From Chloropicon primus (taxonomy: Eukaryota): 64,000 bases of DNA. The stretch is taken from positions 620,001-684,000 of the forward strand of contig CP060762.1 in assembly GCA_023205875.1 (NCBI GenBank), read 5' to 3'. Shown here one piece after another: positions 19,913 through 29,961 of the stretch; the first letter of the stretch is position 1; every line of letters begins with the position of its first letter. Under the pieces are notes generated by a model. That model did no database searches, was not told where the DNA came from, and saw nothing but the letters and a program-made list of their open reading frames with translations. The translations under genes were made by a program, and so were the position numbers.

Positions 19913-20619
19913 AAACGTCGTTCAGGTGACCTTCCTTCCACGATCATGGAACTTCGCATCAACAAACGAAACTCGGGGAGAGACAAGATTCAGTGAGGGA
20001 CTTGCAGAGTGTCTCCGCTGGACGCATCTCGCAATTCCAGCAGCAGCAGCAGCAGCAAGAAGAGGTGGCACCTGGCATCGATCGATCGATCGAGGAGCCC
20101 AGGTGGAGGGAGAACGAAGACCAACAGGAACAGGAACAGGCTTGTGACTTGTGGGGTGGCGTTGCGAACAACGGACGATCGGGCGGGAAGGGCGGGAGGG
20201 GGAGAGGGGGAGAGGGGGAGAGGGAGAGGGGTCACACCTTCACGCCGGTGGAGAGGCAAGGCGCGACCTTGGCACGCAGCATGTGATAAAGTCTTGCTGA
20301 GCTGGGTGTGGCCTCTCTCTCTCTCGATCTGCTGGGACTACGAAAGACGTTTCTTTTCCAGGGAGGGGAATTATGGGTCCTTCGATTGTACGATAGTCTC
20401 GTTTTTCAGATTAGATTAAGCTCTCGTCCGTCGATATTCCGGGCGTGTGAACAAAGATCCGATTCGCGTGAGGCCGTCGCACCCATCCCTGCACTCCTGC
20501 TGCGATACCATGCCACCAGCCTTGCCATACTCGCAGTTCATGTCCGTGACAAACTCATAGGTGCAAGGTGTGCGGCGGATGCACCGTTCCCCAAGCCAAA
20601 GGTGAAGACGGAGGCTCGA

Positions 20620-21406
20620 GAGCAAGGCATCTCGCTCTGAGGCGTGTTGGATGGATCCTCACCAACGTCTTCTTCTCGAGGTATCGTATGAAGCTCTGCA
20701 CAGCATGGAATCCGATTCTTCCTCGAGTTGGATGCATCAGAAACAGAGGATGGGTGTGATGGTGGGCATGTACACTCACTCAGCATGTTGAATACAGCAA
20801 TATCTATGCTGGTTATGGCCATAAGTCTGAGGCTCATGCGGTTACGTCAGGTTCTTTGGGTGTTTCTGCAGGGCGACTGTCCTTCACATATGGTTTGCAA
20901 GGAGCTTGTGCAGCTGTTGATACGGCTTGTTCATCCTCTCTTGTCGCAGCACACATGTCCTACATGAGCCTTGTTCTTGGCGACGTCTCGAAGGGACTAT
21001 ATACACAATATGCATCGCTTGCGTTCTCGGTCCTCTTGAAGATGGTTCCAAACAAGATACGGTGATGCTACGTGGCACTGCTGTGAACCAAGATGGGCGA
21101 TCCAGTGCTTTGACCGCACCGCACGGACCCTCTCAACAGCAAGTGATGCGTATGAGCTTGCACTCGGCAGACCTTGATGCCTGGAGTGCACAGGTCTTGC
21201 AGATGCACGGTACAGGTACTCCTCTTGGTGGCCCCATTGAGGTCGGTGCGGCATCTGCTGTGTTACTCTCCGAGGCCACCAAACGGGACTTCCCTGTCCA
21301 CATGTCTGGAGTGGAGAGCAATATGGGGCATAGTGAAGCAGCAGCTGGTATGGCTGGTATGGTTCAGCTCGCAGGCAATTTGCTGCGGTCTATGTCCTCC
21401 GTATAA
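20620..21406 (+). pseudogene. Decayed type I polyketide synthase ketosynthase (KS) fragment
   Basis: MDPHQRLLLEVSYEAL (20651), GRLSFTYGLQG...DTACSSSLVAAH, NQDGRSSALTAPHGPSQ, HGTGTPLG.PIE and SNMGHSEAAAG, spread across frames with frameshifts and deletions. Confidence 0.88.
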
Positions 21407-21414
21407 AAAAAAAA
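21405..21414 (-). terminator. RNA polymerase III oligo(T) terminator of the permuted tRNA
   Basis: T10 run on the minus strand 6 nt after the 5' half. Confidence 0.75.
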
Positions 21415-21420
21415 GGCGAA

Positions 21421-21514
21421 TTCGAGTGTAGCTCCTTAACCACTCGGACAACTCAGCAAGGGTTTTTGCTCGCTGAGTGCAGGATTCGAACCTGCGCGGC
21501 TGAAGCCACTACAT
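21421..21514 (-). tRNA. trnS-CGA: Circularly permuted tRNA-Ser(CGA): 3' half 21514-21471, 13-nt spacer, 5' half 21457-21421
   Basis: Minus strand reads A-TGTAG-TGGCTTCAGCCGC-GCAGG-TTCGAAT-CCTGC-ACTCAGC-G, then AGCAAAAACCCTT, then GCTGAGT-TG-TCCGAGTGGTTAAGGAG-CTACA-CT-CGA-A. Acceptor (GCTGAGT/ACTCAGC) and anticodon (CTACA/TGTAG) stems pair; long variable arm. Confidence 0.93.
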
Positions 21515-21655
21515 CGTTCTTCGACTTTCTTACGTAAAAATCGTGTTGAGAAAGAGAAGAAATTTGCTTGTACTTATGGTTCTCCTTGCGCCTCCAGAGA
21601 AACGAAACCCAAGAGGAAGGGACGGCGACCCCAGCACACGACGACCCCAGCAACG

Positions 21656-22309
21656 ATGGCTCCTGCTCCTGCTCCTGCTCAGGACCCCCGGCTTTCGGTC
21701 ATCCGCGGGACGATCCGGGAGGTTCCCAACTTTCCGAAGGATGGTATCCTGTTCCAGGACATCACGACGACGTTGCTGGACCCCGTGGCGTTCGGGCACT
21801 GCATCGAGTTGCTGTACGAGAGGTACAGGGACAAGGGCGTGGACGTGGTGGCTGGTTTCGAGGCGAGGGGGTTGATTTTCGGCGCTCCGCTCTCGCTGCG
21901 GCTCAAGTGCGCCTTCGTGCCCCTGCGGAAGCCCAAGAAGCTCCCTGGAGAAACGATTGGGGAGGCGTACGACTTGGAGTACGGCTCGGACAGGATCGAG
22001 ATGCACGTGGGGCACGTCAAGGAGGGCGACAGGGTGAGTGGCGGCGCCTCTCCGCCTCGTGGCGAGCCTCGACGGACTGACTTTCTCTCTCTCTCTCTTT
22101 CTCAAAAACCTAACCTGCAGGTTTTGCTGGTGGACGACCTCATCGCGACGGGGGGAACCATGGTCGCCGGCATCAAGCTGATGAAGAAGGTGAAGGCCGA
22201 GATCGTGGAGGCGGCCTGCATCCTGGAGCTTCCCTTGCTCAAGGGGAAGGACAAGCTGGTGGAGCACGACGTGAGCCTCTACACCATGGTGGAGAAGGAC
22301 GTCTTGTGA
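21656..22309 (+). CDS. APT: Adenine phosphoribosyltransferase, 2 exons (intron 22034-22120)
   Basis: PNFPKDGILFQDIT, GFEARG, LEYG and VLLVDDLIATGGT PRPP motif; 87-nt GTGAGT...CTAAC-CTGCAG intron. Confidence 0.95.
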   Translation: MAPAPAPAQDPRLSVIRGTIREVPNFPKDGILFQDITTTLLDPVAFGHCIELLYERYRDKGVDVVAGFEARGLIFGAPLSLRLKCAFVPLRKPKKLPGETIGEAYDLEYGSDRIEMHVGHVKEGDRVSGGASPPRGEPRRTDFLSLSLSQKPNLQVLLVDDLIATGGTMVAGIKLMKKVKAEIVEAACILELPLLKGKDKLVEHDVSLYTMVEKDVL

Positions 22310-22425
22310 CGACGAGGTGTACCAGGATTCCACACAAACACACACACACACACACATAACATAGAAGAAGGTTGTTCATATCATTCTTATTCATTCTTAT
22401 TCATTCTTATTCTTGTTCATTCCGA

Positions 22426-22677
22426 GAGATCGTGGAGGCGGCCTGCACCCTGGAGCTTCCCTTGTGAGCCTCTACACCATGGTGGAGAAGGACGTCACCT
22501 AATCATACGTCGGTCGGTCGTCACCTAATCATACGTCGGTCGGTCGTCACCTAATCATACGTCGGTCGTCACCTCATCATACGTCGGTCGGTCGGCCGTC
22601 ACTCACCTCATCATATGTCGGTCGGTCGGCCGTCACTCACCTCATAATACGTCGGTCGGTCGGTCGTCACTCACCTA
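22426..22677. repeat. Partial duplicate of APT 3' end followed by a minisatellite (GTCACCTAATCATACGTCGGTCG-like units)
   Basis: 22426-22496 copies 22199-22303 with an internal deletion; then about 6 units of 22-34 bp. Confidence 0.85.
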
Positions 22678-22744
22678 AACATGATGATGATTATTCATCC
22701 TCCTAACGTTCGTTCATTCATTTTAACAACATTCTTATTCTTAT

Positions 22745-23954
22745 TCATTCCTCCCCCATCTTCTTCTCCTCCCCCTCCCCCATCTTCTTCTTCTCCCCCA
22801 TCCCCGCAAACTCCCTCCGGAACTTCTCGACGTCCTCCCTCATGACCCTCAGGTTCTCCCTCTCCACGGCGTCCGCGGGGAAGCCGTGGATGGCCCGCTC
22901 GACGTGGTCCAGGCACTCGCCCGCCTCGTCGACCTGCCCCATCCCCTGGTGAGCCAAGCTGAGGAGGAACCAAACGTCCAAGTTCCCGTCGTTCTCCTCG
23001 AGGAGGCCGCCGAGGATCACGACCGAGTCCCTCGCGTCGTCCTCCAGCTCCATCACCAGCTTGGCGGTCTCGAACCTGAACTCGTACGAGGGGGGCGTCG
23101 CCCCCGGCCTGAGGTGGTTCTCGTCCTCCTCGCCCCCGCCGTCGCTCCCCCCGTCGATGTCCATGCCCGGCCCCTCCGCCAGCAGCAGGCTCTTGGGCCT
23201 CGCGTACCACAGGCCCATCGAGTCGCGCAAGGCGCGCTGGGCCTCCCCCCGCCTCTTCAGCTCCACGAAGAGGGAAGCCTTCACCAGGGAGGGCTCGGGG
23301 CTCGCCGGGCTGCACTGCCTGGCCTCCTCCAGGAGCCTCAGGGCCTCCTCGCTCCCTGACGACGCGGCACCCGGGATGTTCAGCATCGTCTCCACCAAGC
23401 TGCAGATGGCCTCGCAGAGTTGCCCCCTCAGGTCGTCTCGGTAAGCGGCGTCCTCCCCCTCCCGGGAGGCAGCCCGCCTCAGAATTTCGATCCCTCGCCT
23501 CGAGTACCCCAAGGACGCCTCCCCCTCCGCCAGCTGGCTCAGGTACATGTACTTCTCGTGCCCCTCGTCAGGGGAGAGCTCCACGGCTCGGCTCAGCACC
23601 GACACGGCTTCGTCCACCATGCCGACCTCCGCCAGGACCGTGCCATAAATCTGAGGAGGAGGAGAGGAGGAAACAGAACAGAGAGTCAGAGAAGATAACC
23701 ACGACGACGACCTCCCTTGCCACCTCCCTAACCACGACTCTTCTTCTTCTTGCAGTGTGACTTACATCGAGGACCTCTGTGTTGTCCGGGCACGCTTGAT
23801 GGAGCGCTTTCATGATCTGCATGGCCTTGTCGTAGTTCCCGAAAAGCATCTGAGTCTGCGCCTCCTCCACCATGTCCTCCGCCGTGGCCCCACCCATCCC
23901 CTTGCCCTCCACCCTCGCCGCAACCGCCTTCCCCTTTCCCTTCCTCCTTCCCAT
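22745..23954 (-). CDS. TPR protein, Acl4-like assembly chaperone of ribosomal protein uL4, 2 exons (23954-23766, 23650-22745)
   Basis: LSPDEGHEKYMYLSQL, PSYEFRFETAKL and LLEEND...VWFL resemble Acl4; GT-AG intron. Confidence 0.75.
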
Positions 23955-24225
23955 CTCCCAAACCTGCAACCAGCTTCCTGCCCAACCCAACCCAACCCAA
24001 TCCAATCCAATCCAAACAATTCACTTGGTTCGGTTCGATCTCTTCGATGCTCCCGACGCCGAAGACGAGGACGAGCAGTTGTGCGGAGAGTGGTCCTCCT
24101 CCTCCTCCTCCTCCTCTCCCTTCTCTCTCTCTCCCTTCTCTCTCTCTCTCTCTTTCCCGCCACCAAAGGCTCGCCGCCAGTGTCCCGCTTTTTGGCGGGA
24201 GCGAGGGTCTGGGTGGAACGAGGGA

Positions 24226-24641
24226 CTCGTCTTCGTCTTCAGTCGTCGGCGGAGGACGCGAGAGACGGGTCGACGGAGAGGGGAAGGGCCTCACAGGCGG
24301 AAGCGCTTTGTCTTCCTCTTTTGAACGAGTGGTCGCGTCCGTAGACCTCGGCGCAACAACGAGAACATCCAACGACAGAGGAGCAAGACATCCTCAGCCT
24401 CGTCTTCGTCTTCAGTCGTCGGCGGAGGACGCGAGAGACGGGTCGACGGAGAGGGGAAGGGCCTCGCAGGCGGAAGCGCTTTGTCTTCCTCTTTCGAACG
24501 AGTGGTCGCGTCCGTAGACCTCGGCGCAACAACGAGAACATCCAACGACAGAGGAGCAAGACATCCTCAGCCTCGTCTTCGTCTTCAGTCGTCGGCGGAG
24601 GACGCGAGAGACGGGTCGACGGAGAGGGGAAGGGCCTCGCA
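24226..24641. repeat. 173-bp tandem repeat, ~2.4 copies, in a divergent promoter region
   Basis: AGTCGTCGGCGGAGGACGCG recurs at 24241, 24414 and 24587; copies nearly identical. Confidence 0.92.
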
Positions 24642-24690
24642 AGACAGCCTCAGCCTCAGCCTCAGCCTCTTGTTTTCTTGTTTTGTCTTT

Positions 24691-25773
24691 ATGGGGGACT
24701 GGAGTATGGCGGACTTGGACTGCAAGGTGCTGAACCGGACGGCAATCATGCTGTTCGGCAGGCTGCCTGTGCCAGGGAAGGTGAAGACGAGGCTCGCCAG
24801 AACGATAGGGGATCGGCAGGCGTGCGAATGCTACAAGGAGATGTGCGAGAACGTGGTGAAGCAGGCGGTGAAGTCGACGGCAAGCGTGATCTTCATGTGC
24901 TCGGAGAAGGAGGAGGTGCCGGAGGTGAAAAAGTGGCTGGAGCCCTTCGCGGAGCCCGCGTGGAAGAAGATTGCGGTCAGGGCCCAGGTGGAAGGGGGGT
25001 TGGGGGAGAGGATCACCGCCGCGTTTGCGGACGCCTTCGAGGACGGATGCGACGAGGTCATCGTGGCGGGGACGGACGTCCCCGACCTGTCCCTGGACAC
25101 GTTCACCCTGGCCTTCCTTCACCTGCAGAGCTTCGACGTGGTGATCGGCCCCTCGGAGGACGACGGCTACTACCTGATCGGCTTGCACCGAAAGATGGTG
25201 TACGACGTGAACAAGGACCTGGTCAAGAAGCTCTTCAAGGGGATCCACTGGAGCACGAGCCTGGTGTACCGAGACCAGGTCAACATCGCTTACAAGCTGG
25301 AACTCTCGGTCTGCCCTTACAAGTGCCTGCCCGTCCTCATCGACGTGGACACCGTGGACGACGCGACGAGGTGGCTCGAGAAGTTTTGGAACTACAAGGC
25401 GCGTCGGGAGGCCGAGGAGAAGAAGGAGGCGCAGTCTGCGTCGTCGGCCGCCTTGGCGCTGGGGGGGGCTTCCAGCGCGGCCTCCCTCGCCCTGGTGGGG
25501 ACCAAGAGGATCTTCGAGAGGCTGAAGGGCGCCTGCAACTTCGTGCCGCCCAAGAACGCCTCCTGGAAGCGGAAGGGGTCCAGCCAGGCCCCCGGCTCGG
25601 GGGAGGACCATGACCTCGAGCCCTATTCCATGGGAATGCTCAGCCCCACCGTGATCTTCTCGGCGATCAAGAGGCTGGCGAGCCCTCCGAACAGGCACGA
25701 CTTGCGGAAGATGGACGCCGCGAGGGAAAGGAGAGCGGTGGCCAAGACGAACGGGAAGAGGCTGTCGTACTGA
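24691..25773 (+). CDS. DUF2064/TIGR04282-like (CofC-like) nucleotide-diphospho-sugar transferase
   Basis: FGRLPVPGKVKTRL, Q..GGLGERI, GTDVPDL, VIGPSEDDGYYLIG, IHWST and DVDTVDD motifs. Confidence 0.88.
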   Translation: MGDWSMADLDCKVLNRTAIMLFGRLPVPGKVKTRLARTIGDRQACECYKEMCENVVKQAVKSTASVIFMCSEKEEVPEVKKWLEPFAEPAWKKIAVRAQVEGGLGERITAAFADAFEDGCDEVIVAGTDVPDLSLDTFTLAFLHLQSFDVVIGPSEDDGYYLIGLHRKMVYDVNKDLVKKLFKGIHWSTSLVYRDQVNIAYKLELSVCPYKCLPVLIDVDTVDDATRWLEKFWNYKARREAEEKKEAQSASSAALALGGASSAASLALVGTKRIFERLKGACNFVPPKNASWKRKGSSQAPGSGEDHDLEPYSMGMLSPTVIFSAIKRLASPPNRHDLRKMDAARERRAVAKTNGKRLSY

Positions 25774-25962
25774 GGACGGGTGATGCCCTTGCCCCGCGTG
25801 TTTGTTTGTACAAAAAGACCGTGTGTTTTCGTTGTATATGTAATATTAAAAGAGTAGTTGTGCTTTTTGCGTTCTCCGTGTTCGTTCGTTCTTCTCGTTG
25901 TTGTTGTTGTTCCCCCGACACAAACGCAGCACAGCAAGTCAAGTCCAGCCTCGGCCTCGGCC

Positions 25963-26706
25963 TCAGAGCGTGATGTTGATCGAAACGCTCTTCCCCGCCG
26001 GGCAGAACTGGGTGAGCTTCACCCCAGCCAAGTGGCACAGCTTCTGGGCGGCGAGGAACAGGAGGTCCTTCTTCTTCTGCTGCGCCGGACCCTTGGCAGG
26101 GCTGTTCGGCACGACGTTGCTGATCTTCGCCTCGTAGTAGATCACCTCGCTTATTCCCGACTGGACGATGAGCTTGGCGCACTCGTTGCAGGGGAACATG
26201 GTGACGTACATCCGGGAGCCTCGGAGGTTGGTGCTGTTGCTGTTCAGGATGGCGTTCATCTCCGCGTGGCAGACGTAAGGAAACTTCGTCTCGAGGGGGT
26301 TCCCGCTCTCGGCCTCCTTGCTCCAAGGCAGGTCGCTGTCGTCGCACCCCCGGGGGAACCCGTTGTACCCGATCCCCAAGATGATGTTGTCCCTGTCCAC
26401 GATGCAGGCGCCGACCTGCTTGTTGGGGTCCTTCGAGCGCTGCGCGCTCAGGAAAGCGAGGGCCATGAAGTACTCGTCCCAGGTCAAGTACCCCATCCTC
26501 GGGGAGGGATCCATCGGGTCCTTCCGCTTCGCCAAGTCCGGCCCGCACAACACGCACTTGCAACCCAGCCCCGTGCCCCCCTCCATCCACAGGCTCTCCG
26601 CCTGGCTCTGCCCCTCCCCCTCCGGACTGCCGCACCTCGCCTCCTCCCCCTCCACGCCCATCGAAGCTGTCGCCACCGAGACCTCCTCCTGCAAAGTCGT
26701 TGGCAT
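25963..26706 (-). CDS. dCMP deaminase
   Basis: WDEYFM, RSKDPNKQVGACIV, GYNGFPRG, CHAEMNAI and FPCNEC zinc motifs. Confidence 0.95.
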   Translation of the reverse strand: MPTTLQEEVSVATASMGVEGEEARCGSPEGEGQSQAESLWMEGGTGLGCKCVLCGPDLAKRKDPMDPSPRMGYLTWDEYFMALAFLSAQRSKDPNKQVGACIVDRDNIILGIGYNGFPRGCDDSDLPWSKEAESGNPLETKFPYVCHAEMNAILNSNSTNLRGSRMYVTMFPCNECAKLIVQSGISEVIYYEAKISNVVPNSPAKGPAQQKKKDLLFLAAQKLCHLAGVKLTQFCPAGKSVSINITL

Positions 26707-26997
26707 CCTATCGATGGTAAGATGGATGGATGGAAGGAAGGACTCCTGTTTTGTTTGGCCAAATCCAAATCCAATCCAACGAACGAAACCGTTGACAAAA
26801 CTCCTGTTGCTGCTGTTGTTGTTGAGATGAAGACGGAACGAACCGACCGAGACGGACGATATTGATATCGGTATCGATTATCCCCCTCCAACCAAGGGCT
26901 TGTTCTCTCAATTCCTCCTCTCCTCTCCTCCCTCTGTCTCCCGCCAAAAAACAAAGCAAAAATCGAGACAGAAAATTGTCTTCTTCCCGCCACTACA

Positions 26998-27029
<32 letters not shown>

Positions 27030-27078
27030 CGCAGTCGAGGGTGTTTGTTTGTTTGTTTGTTTGTTTGTTTGTTTGACG

Positions 27079-27645
27079 ATGGCGTCCAGGCGAGGAGGGA
27101 GGCCGACGGGGACGGATGGTTCGGACCACCAGTACAGGATGGTGGTCGAGGACAAGTACCACAAGGCGGCGGACACGAAGAGACGGTTGAGGACTCTGGT
27201 GGTCCTGCAGGCGGTGTACTATGGCTGCTTCGTGGCTTGGAACTGTGGGATACCGGTGATGGAGGGGAAGAGTCCGGCGCCGATCGTGGGGGTGATGCCG
27301 GTGGTCGGGTTCGTCGCCCTCGTGTCGGGAAGGAAGGGGGTCGGGGTCGGGAACGCGAGGGGGAGCAAGGCCTTCCTCGCGATCTATGCTCTGTTGAGCT
27401 TCGTGGGTTTCTGCCTGGCGGTTCTCCAGGCCTTCGTCATGCAGACGATGGTCCACTACGCGGACTCGTACCCGGCACGCTTCGGGGGGGCGCTCGAGGC
27501 CGTCACTGGCCTGCCCAAGGACCTCCTGCAGGCCTTTGGGCAAATCATCGAGGGCATGCTGCACGCGGCCGGAATGCTCTTGCAGATCTTGGGGGCCTAC
27601 GTGGCGCTGAGCTTGCGGTCTCAGACCAACGCCAAGAGGTCGTGA
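27079..27645 (+). CDS. Jagunal-like ER membrane protein
   Basis: N-terminal MASRRGGRPTGTDGSDHQYRMVVEDKY matches the Jagunal GTDGSD motif; four TM helices. Confidence 0.8.
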   Translation: MASRRGGRPTGTDGSDHQYRMVVEDKYHKAADTKRRLRTLVVLQAVYYGCFVAWNCGIPVMEGKSPAPIVGVMPVVGFVALVSGRKGVGVGNARGSKAFLAIYALLSFVGFCLAVLQAFVMQTMVHYADSYPARFGGALEAVTGLPKDLLQAFGQIIEGMLHAAGMLLQILGAYVALSLRSQTNAKRS

Positions 27646-28223
27646 GGCGCTTGGGAGAGCAATGGGGAGAGCAATGGGGAGAGGTTGTTGTTGGTGCTGC
27701 TGATTCTTCCGGGGGATGGAAACGCGCACGCGCACGCGCACGCGCACGTAAAAAAAAAAACACTTTTCAAGAAATGGTTTCCTGCCGCGTCCTTCGCAGC
27801 CAGAAGGCCAACATCGCGGGTGCCCGTCCAAAGAGACGTCCCTTCGCGCCCGGCCTCTGAGTCGTCTAATCCATCCATCACCATCACCATCACCCCAAAG
27901 GTTCGGACCAAAACCATCCCTTGGACGAAAGCATGGCGACCAGAGAGCTCAAAGGGTCGAGAGAGGTGTCCAGGGAGAGACCACGAGACGTCCCTCCCCA
28001 CCACCCGATCCCTTACCCCCTCCCTGTCCCCCTCAGACCATCATCCATCCATCCATCCATCCCTCAATCACTCGTCCTCTCTGGCTCGGGGAAGCGAGCG
28101 TTTCTTCTTTTCAGTAACGCTCTCAAAAAGCAAAGAAGAAGGGACTCGGCGACGACGACAGAAGAACGACGACGACGACGAGGACGAGGACGAGGACGAC
28201 GACGACGACGGAGAGCGAGCGAG

Positions 28224-28489
28224 ATGGTTGACGAAGCGGAGGTTGACTTGTATGCCGTGCTTGGCGTTTCCCGCCAGAGCAAAGATCTTGAGATACGACG
28301 CGCGTACCGTAACCTGATCACGACGGCGCATCCCGACAAAGGAGGGGACGCACAAAGGTGAGTGAGTGAGTGGGGTGATCGTGGTGCCCATCGAGGTCGA
28401 ACGCGGAGTGGATCTCGCTCCCGCGGAGTCAGTGCGTTTTTCCCATCCCCGCTCCCTTTGGCGAGGATGTGACACACGAACAGCGGCAG

Positions 28490-28520
<31 letters not shown>

Positions 28521-29961
28521 GAGGACGGTTTTTATCGTGGCGATGGACTACTGACGGGCTTGCTTGCTGGACTCGATGTGACCGCGGCGCAGGTTTACTC
28601 TGATCCAGAGGGCGTACGATGTCCTCGGCAACGATTCGAAGAGGAAGCAGTACGATGCCACCGGCAGGATGGAAAAGACCGTGGACGAGGAGTTCATGGA
28701 CAGCTTTGGTGGCGGAGCTTTCAGGGACAAGGCGAGGCAGCAGCAGGTCGACAGGGAGAGCATGGCGGAGCAGCTCGCGGTGAGGCAGGGGAAAGACTTC
28801 CAGTCCCACTCTGCTGGGTTCGAGGCCTGGATGCGATCGAGGGGAGACTCGGTCACCACCTTCACCGCCGAGAACGCCGCCGAGCAGTTTGGGGTGGTGA
28901 AGAGCAGCTACGAGGCCGTCCCGCTGCCGAGCATTCGGGCCTACCAGGCTCGCGTCAAGAGCCTTGGCAAGCCCAAGGAGTCCCTCGAGCTCGTTTGCGA
29001 GCCAATCCCCCAGGCCCTGGAGTGGGGGGAGGTCCTCGTGAGCATGAGGGCAGCGCCTTTGAACCCCGCCGACCTGTACGACGTGCAGACTGGTGGCCCG
29101 CACGGGATCGAGGCCTTGAAAACCCCGTTCATCGCGGGCAACGATGGAGTTGGCACCATCGTCAAGGTCGGCCCGGGGGTCAAGAACTTGCAGGAGGGCG
29201 ATTGGATCTTGCCCTTCACCCCTCACCTCGGGACTTGGAGATCTCTTGCCGTGGTCAAGGAGAAGGACACCTTGAAGATTCCCGTGGATCTCATGCCGAT
29301 GGAGTACGCGGCGATGATGAGGGAGCTTTGCGTTGCTTACAGGCTCCTCGAGGATTACGGCAACCTCAGGCCGGGCGACACGGTCATCCTGAACGCCGCG
29401 AACAGCACGGTCGGCCAGGTCGTCATCCAGCTGTGCCACCTCCTCAAGCTCAGATCCGTGGCCGTTGTGAGAGACTTGGGCAGCATGGACAGGGTTGCGC
29501 CCTGGTTGAAGACTTTGGGGGCGAACGAGGTTCTCGCGGACACCGGGTCTCTGAAGAAAGAGCTGGAGAAGCACAAGTACTTTGCCAAGCCGAAGCTTGC
29601 TTTGGACTGCGTCGGGGGGCAATCCGCTGCGAGGCTCGCGGACACCCTGGATGACTCTGCCCCCCTGGTGATCTACGGGTGCATGAGTGGCAGGGCGCCG
29701 TCCTGGCCATGGAACCAGTGGGTCTTCAAGCAGATGCAAGTGAACGGCTTCAACTTGAGGAAATGGATGAAAACGAACAAGAAAAAGATCCCTGACATGA
29801 TGGAAGCCATCGCCAAGCTCGTCAACGCAGACAAGCTCAGGGTGACCCACACCGAGTATGAGCTTGGCACGGAGTTCGACGAGGCCCTTGACCATGCCAT
29901 GGAAGAGGGCAGGAGCACGAAGATCCTTCTCAAGGTCAAGGATATTGGAGTGACCTATTAA
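28224..29961 (+). CDS. J-domain (DnaJ) fused to trans-2-enoyl-thioester reductase (MECR/Etr1-like MDR), 2 exons (intron 28358-28592)
   Basis: Exon 1 LYAVLGV...AYR...HPDKGG; exon 2 continues FTLIQRAYDVL...RKQYD in frame into AAPLNPAD, GNDGVG, NAANSTVGQ, LALDCVGG and YGCMS. Confidence 0.88.

Larger units (their letters stand above)
14795..19915 (+). mobile_element. Putative novel serine-recombinase/AP2 mobile element (island)
   Basis: Intronless ORFs with more A/T-ending codons than neighbours; AP2 gene plus double resolvase gene; shared Cys-rich domain. TTAGGATG at the left end (14798) and CATCCTAA at the right end (19905); internal tRNA 3' half. Confidence 0.65.

Noticed and set aside
19926..20460. 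Short ORFs right of the island
   Set aside because: Low-complexity (CAG, GGA) sequence with no recognisable family; coding status unsupported.
22034..22120. 29-aa insertion in APRT suggested by the ORF track
   Set aside because: It is a stop-free 87-nt GT-AG intron with a branch point and pyrimidine tract.
22494..22677. CRISPR array
   Set aside because: Units are contiguous with no unique spacers, and no cas genes are present; it is a minisatellite.
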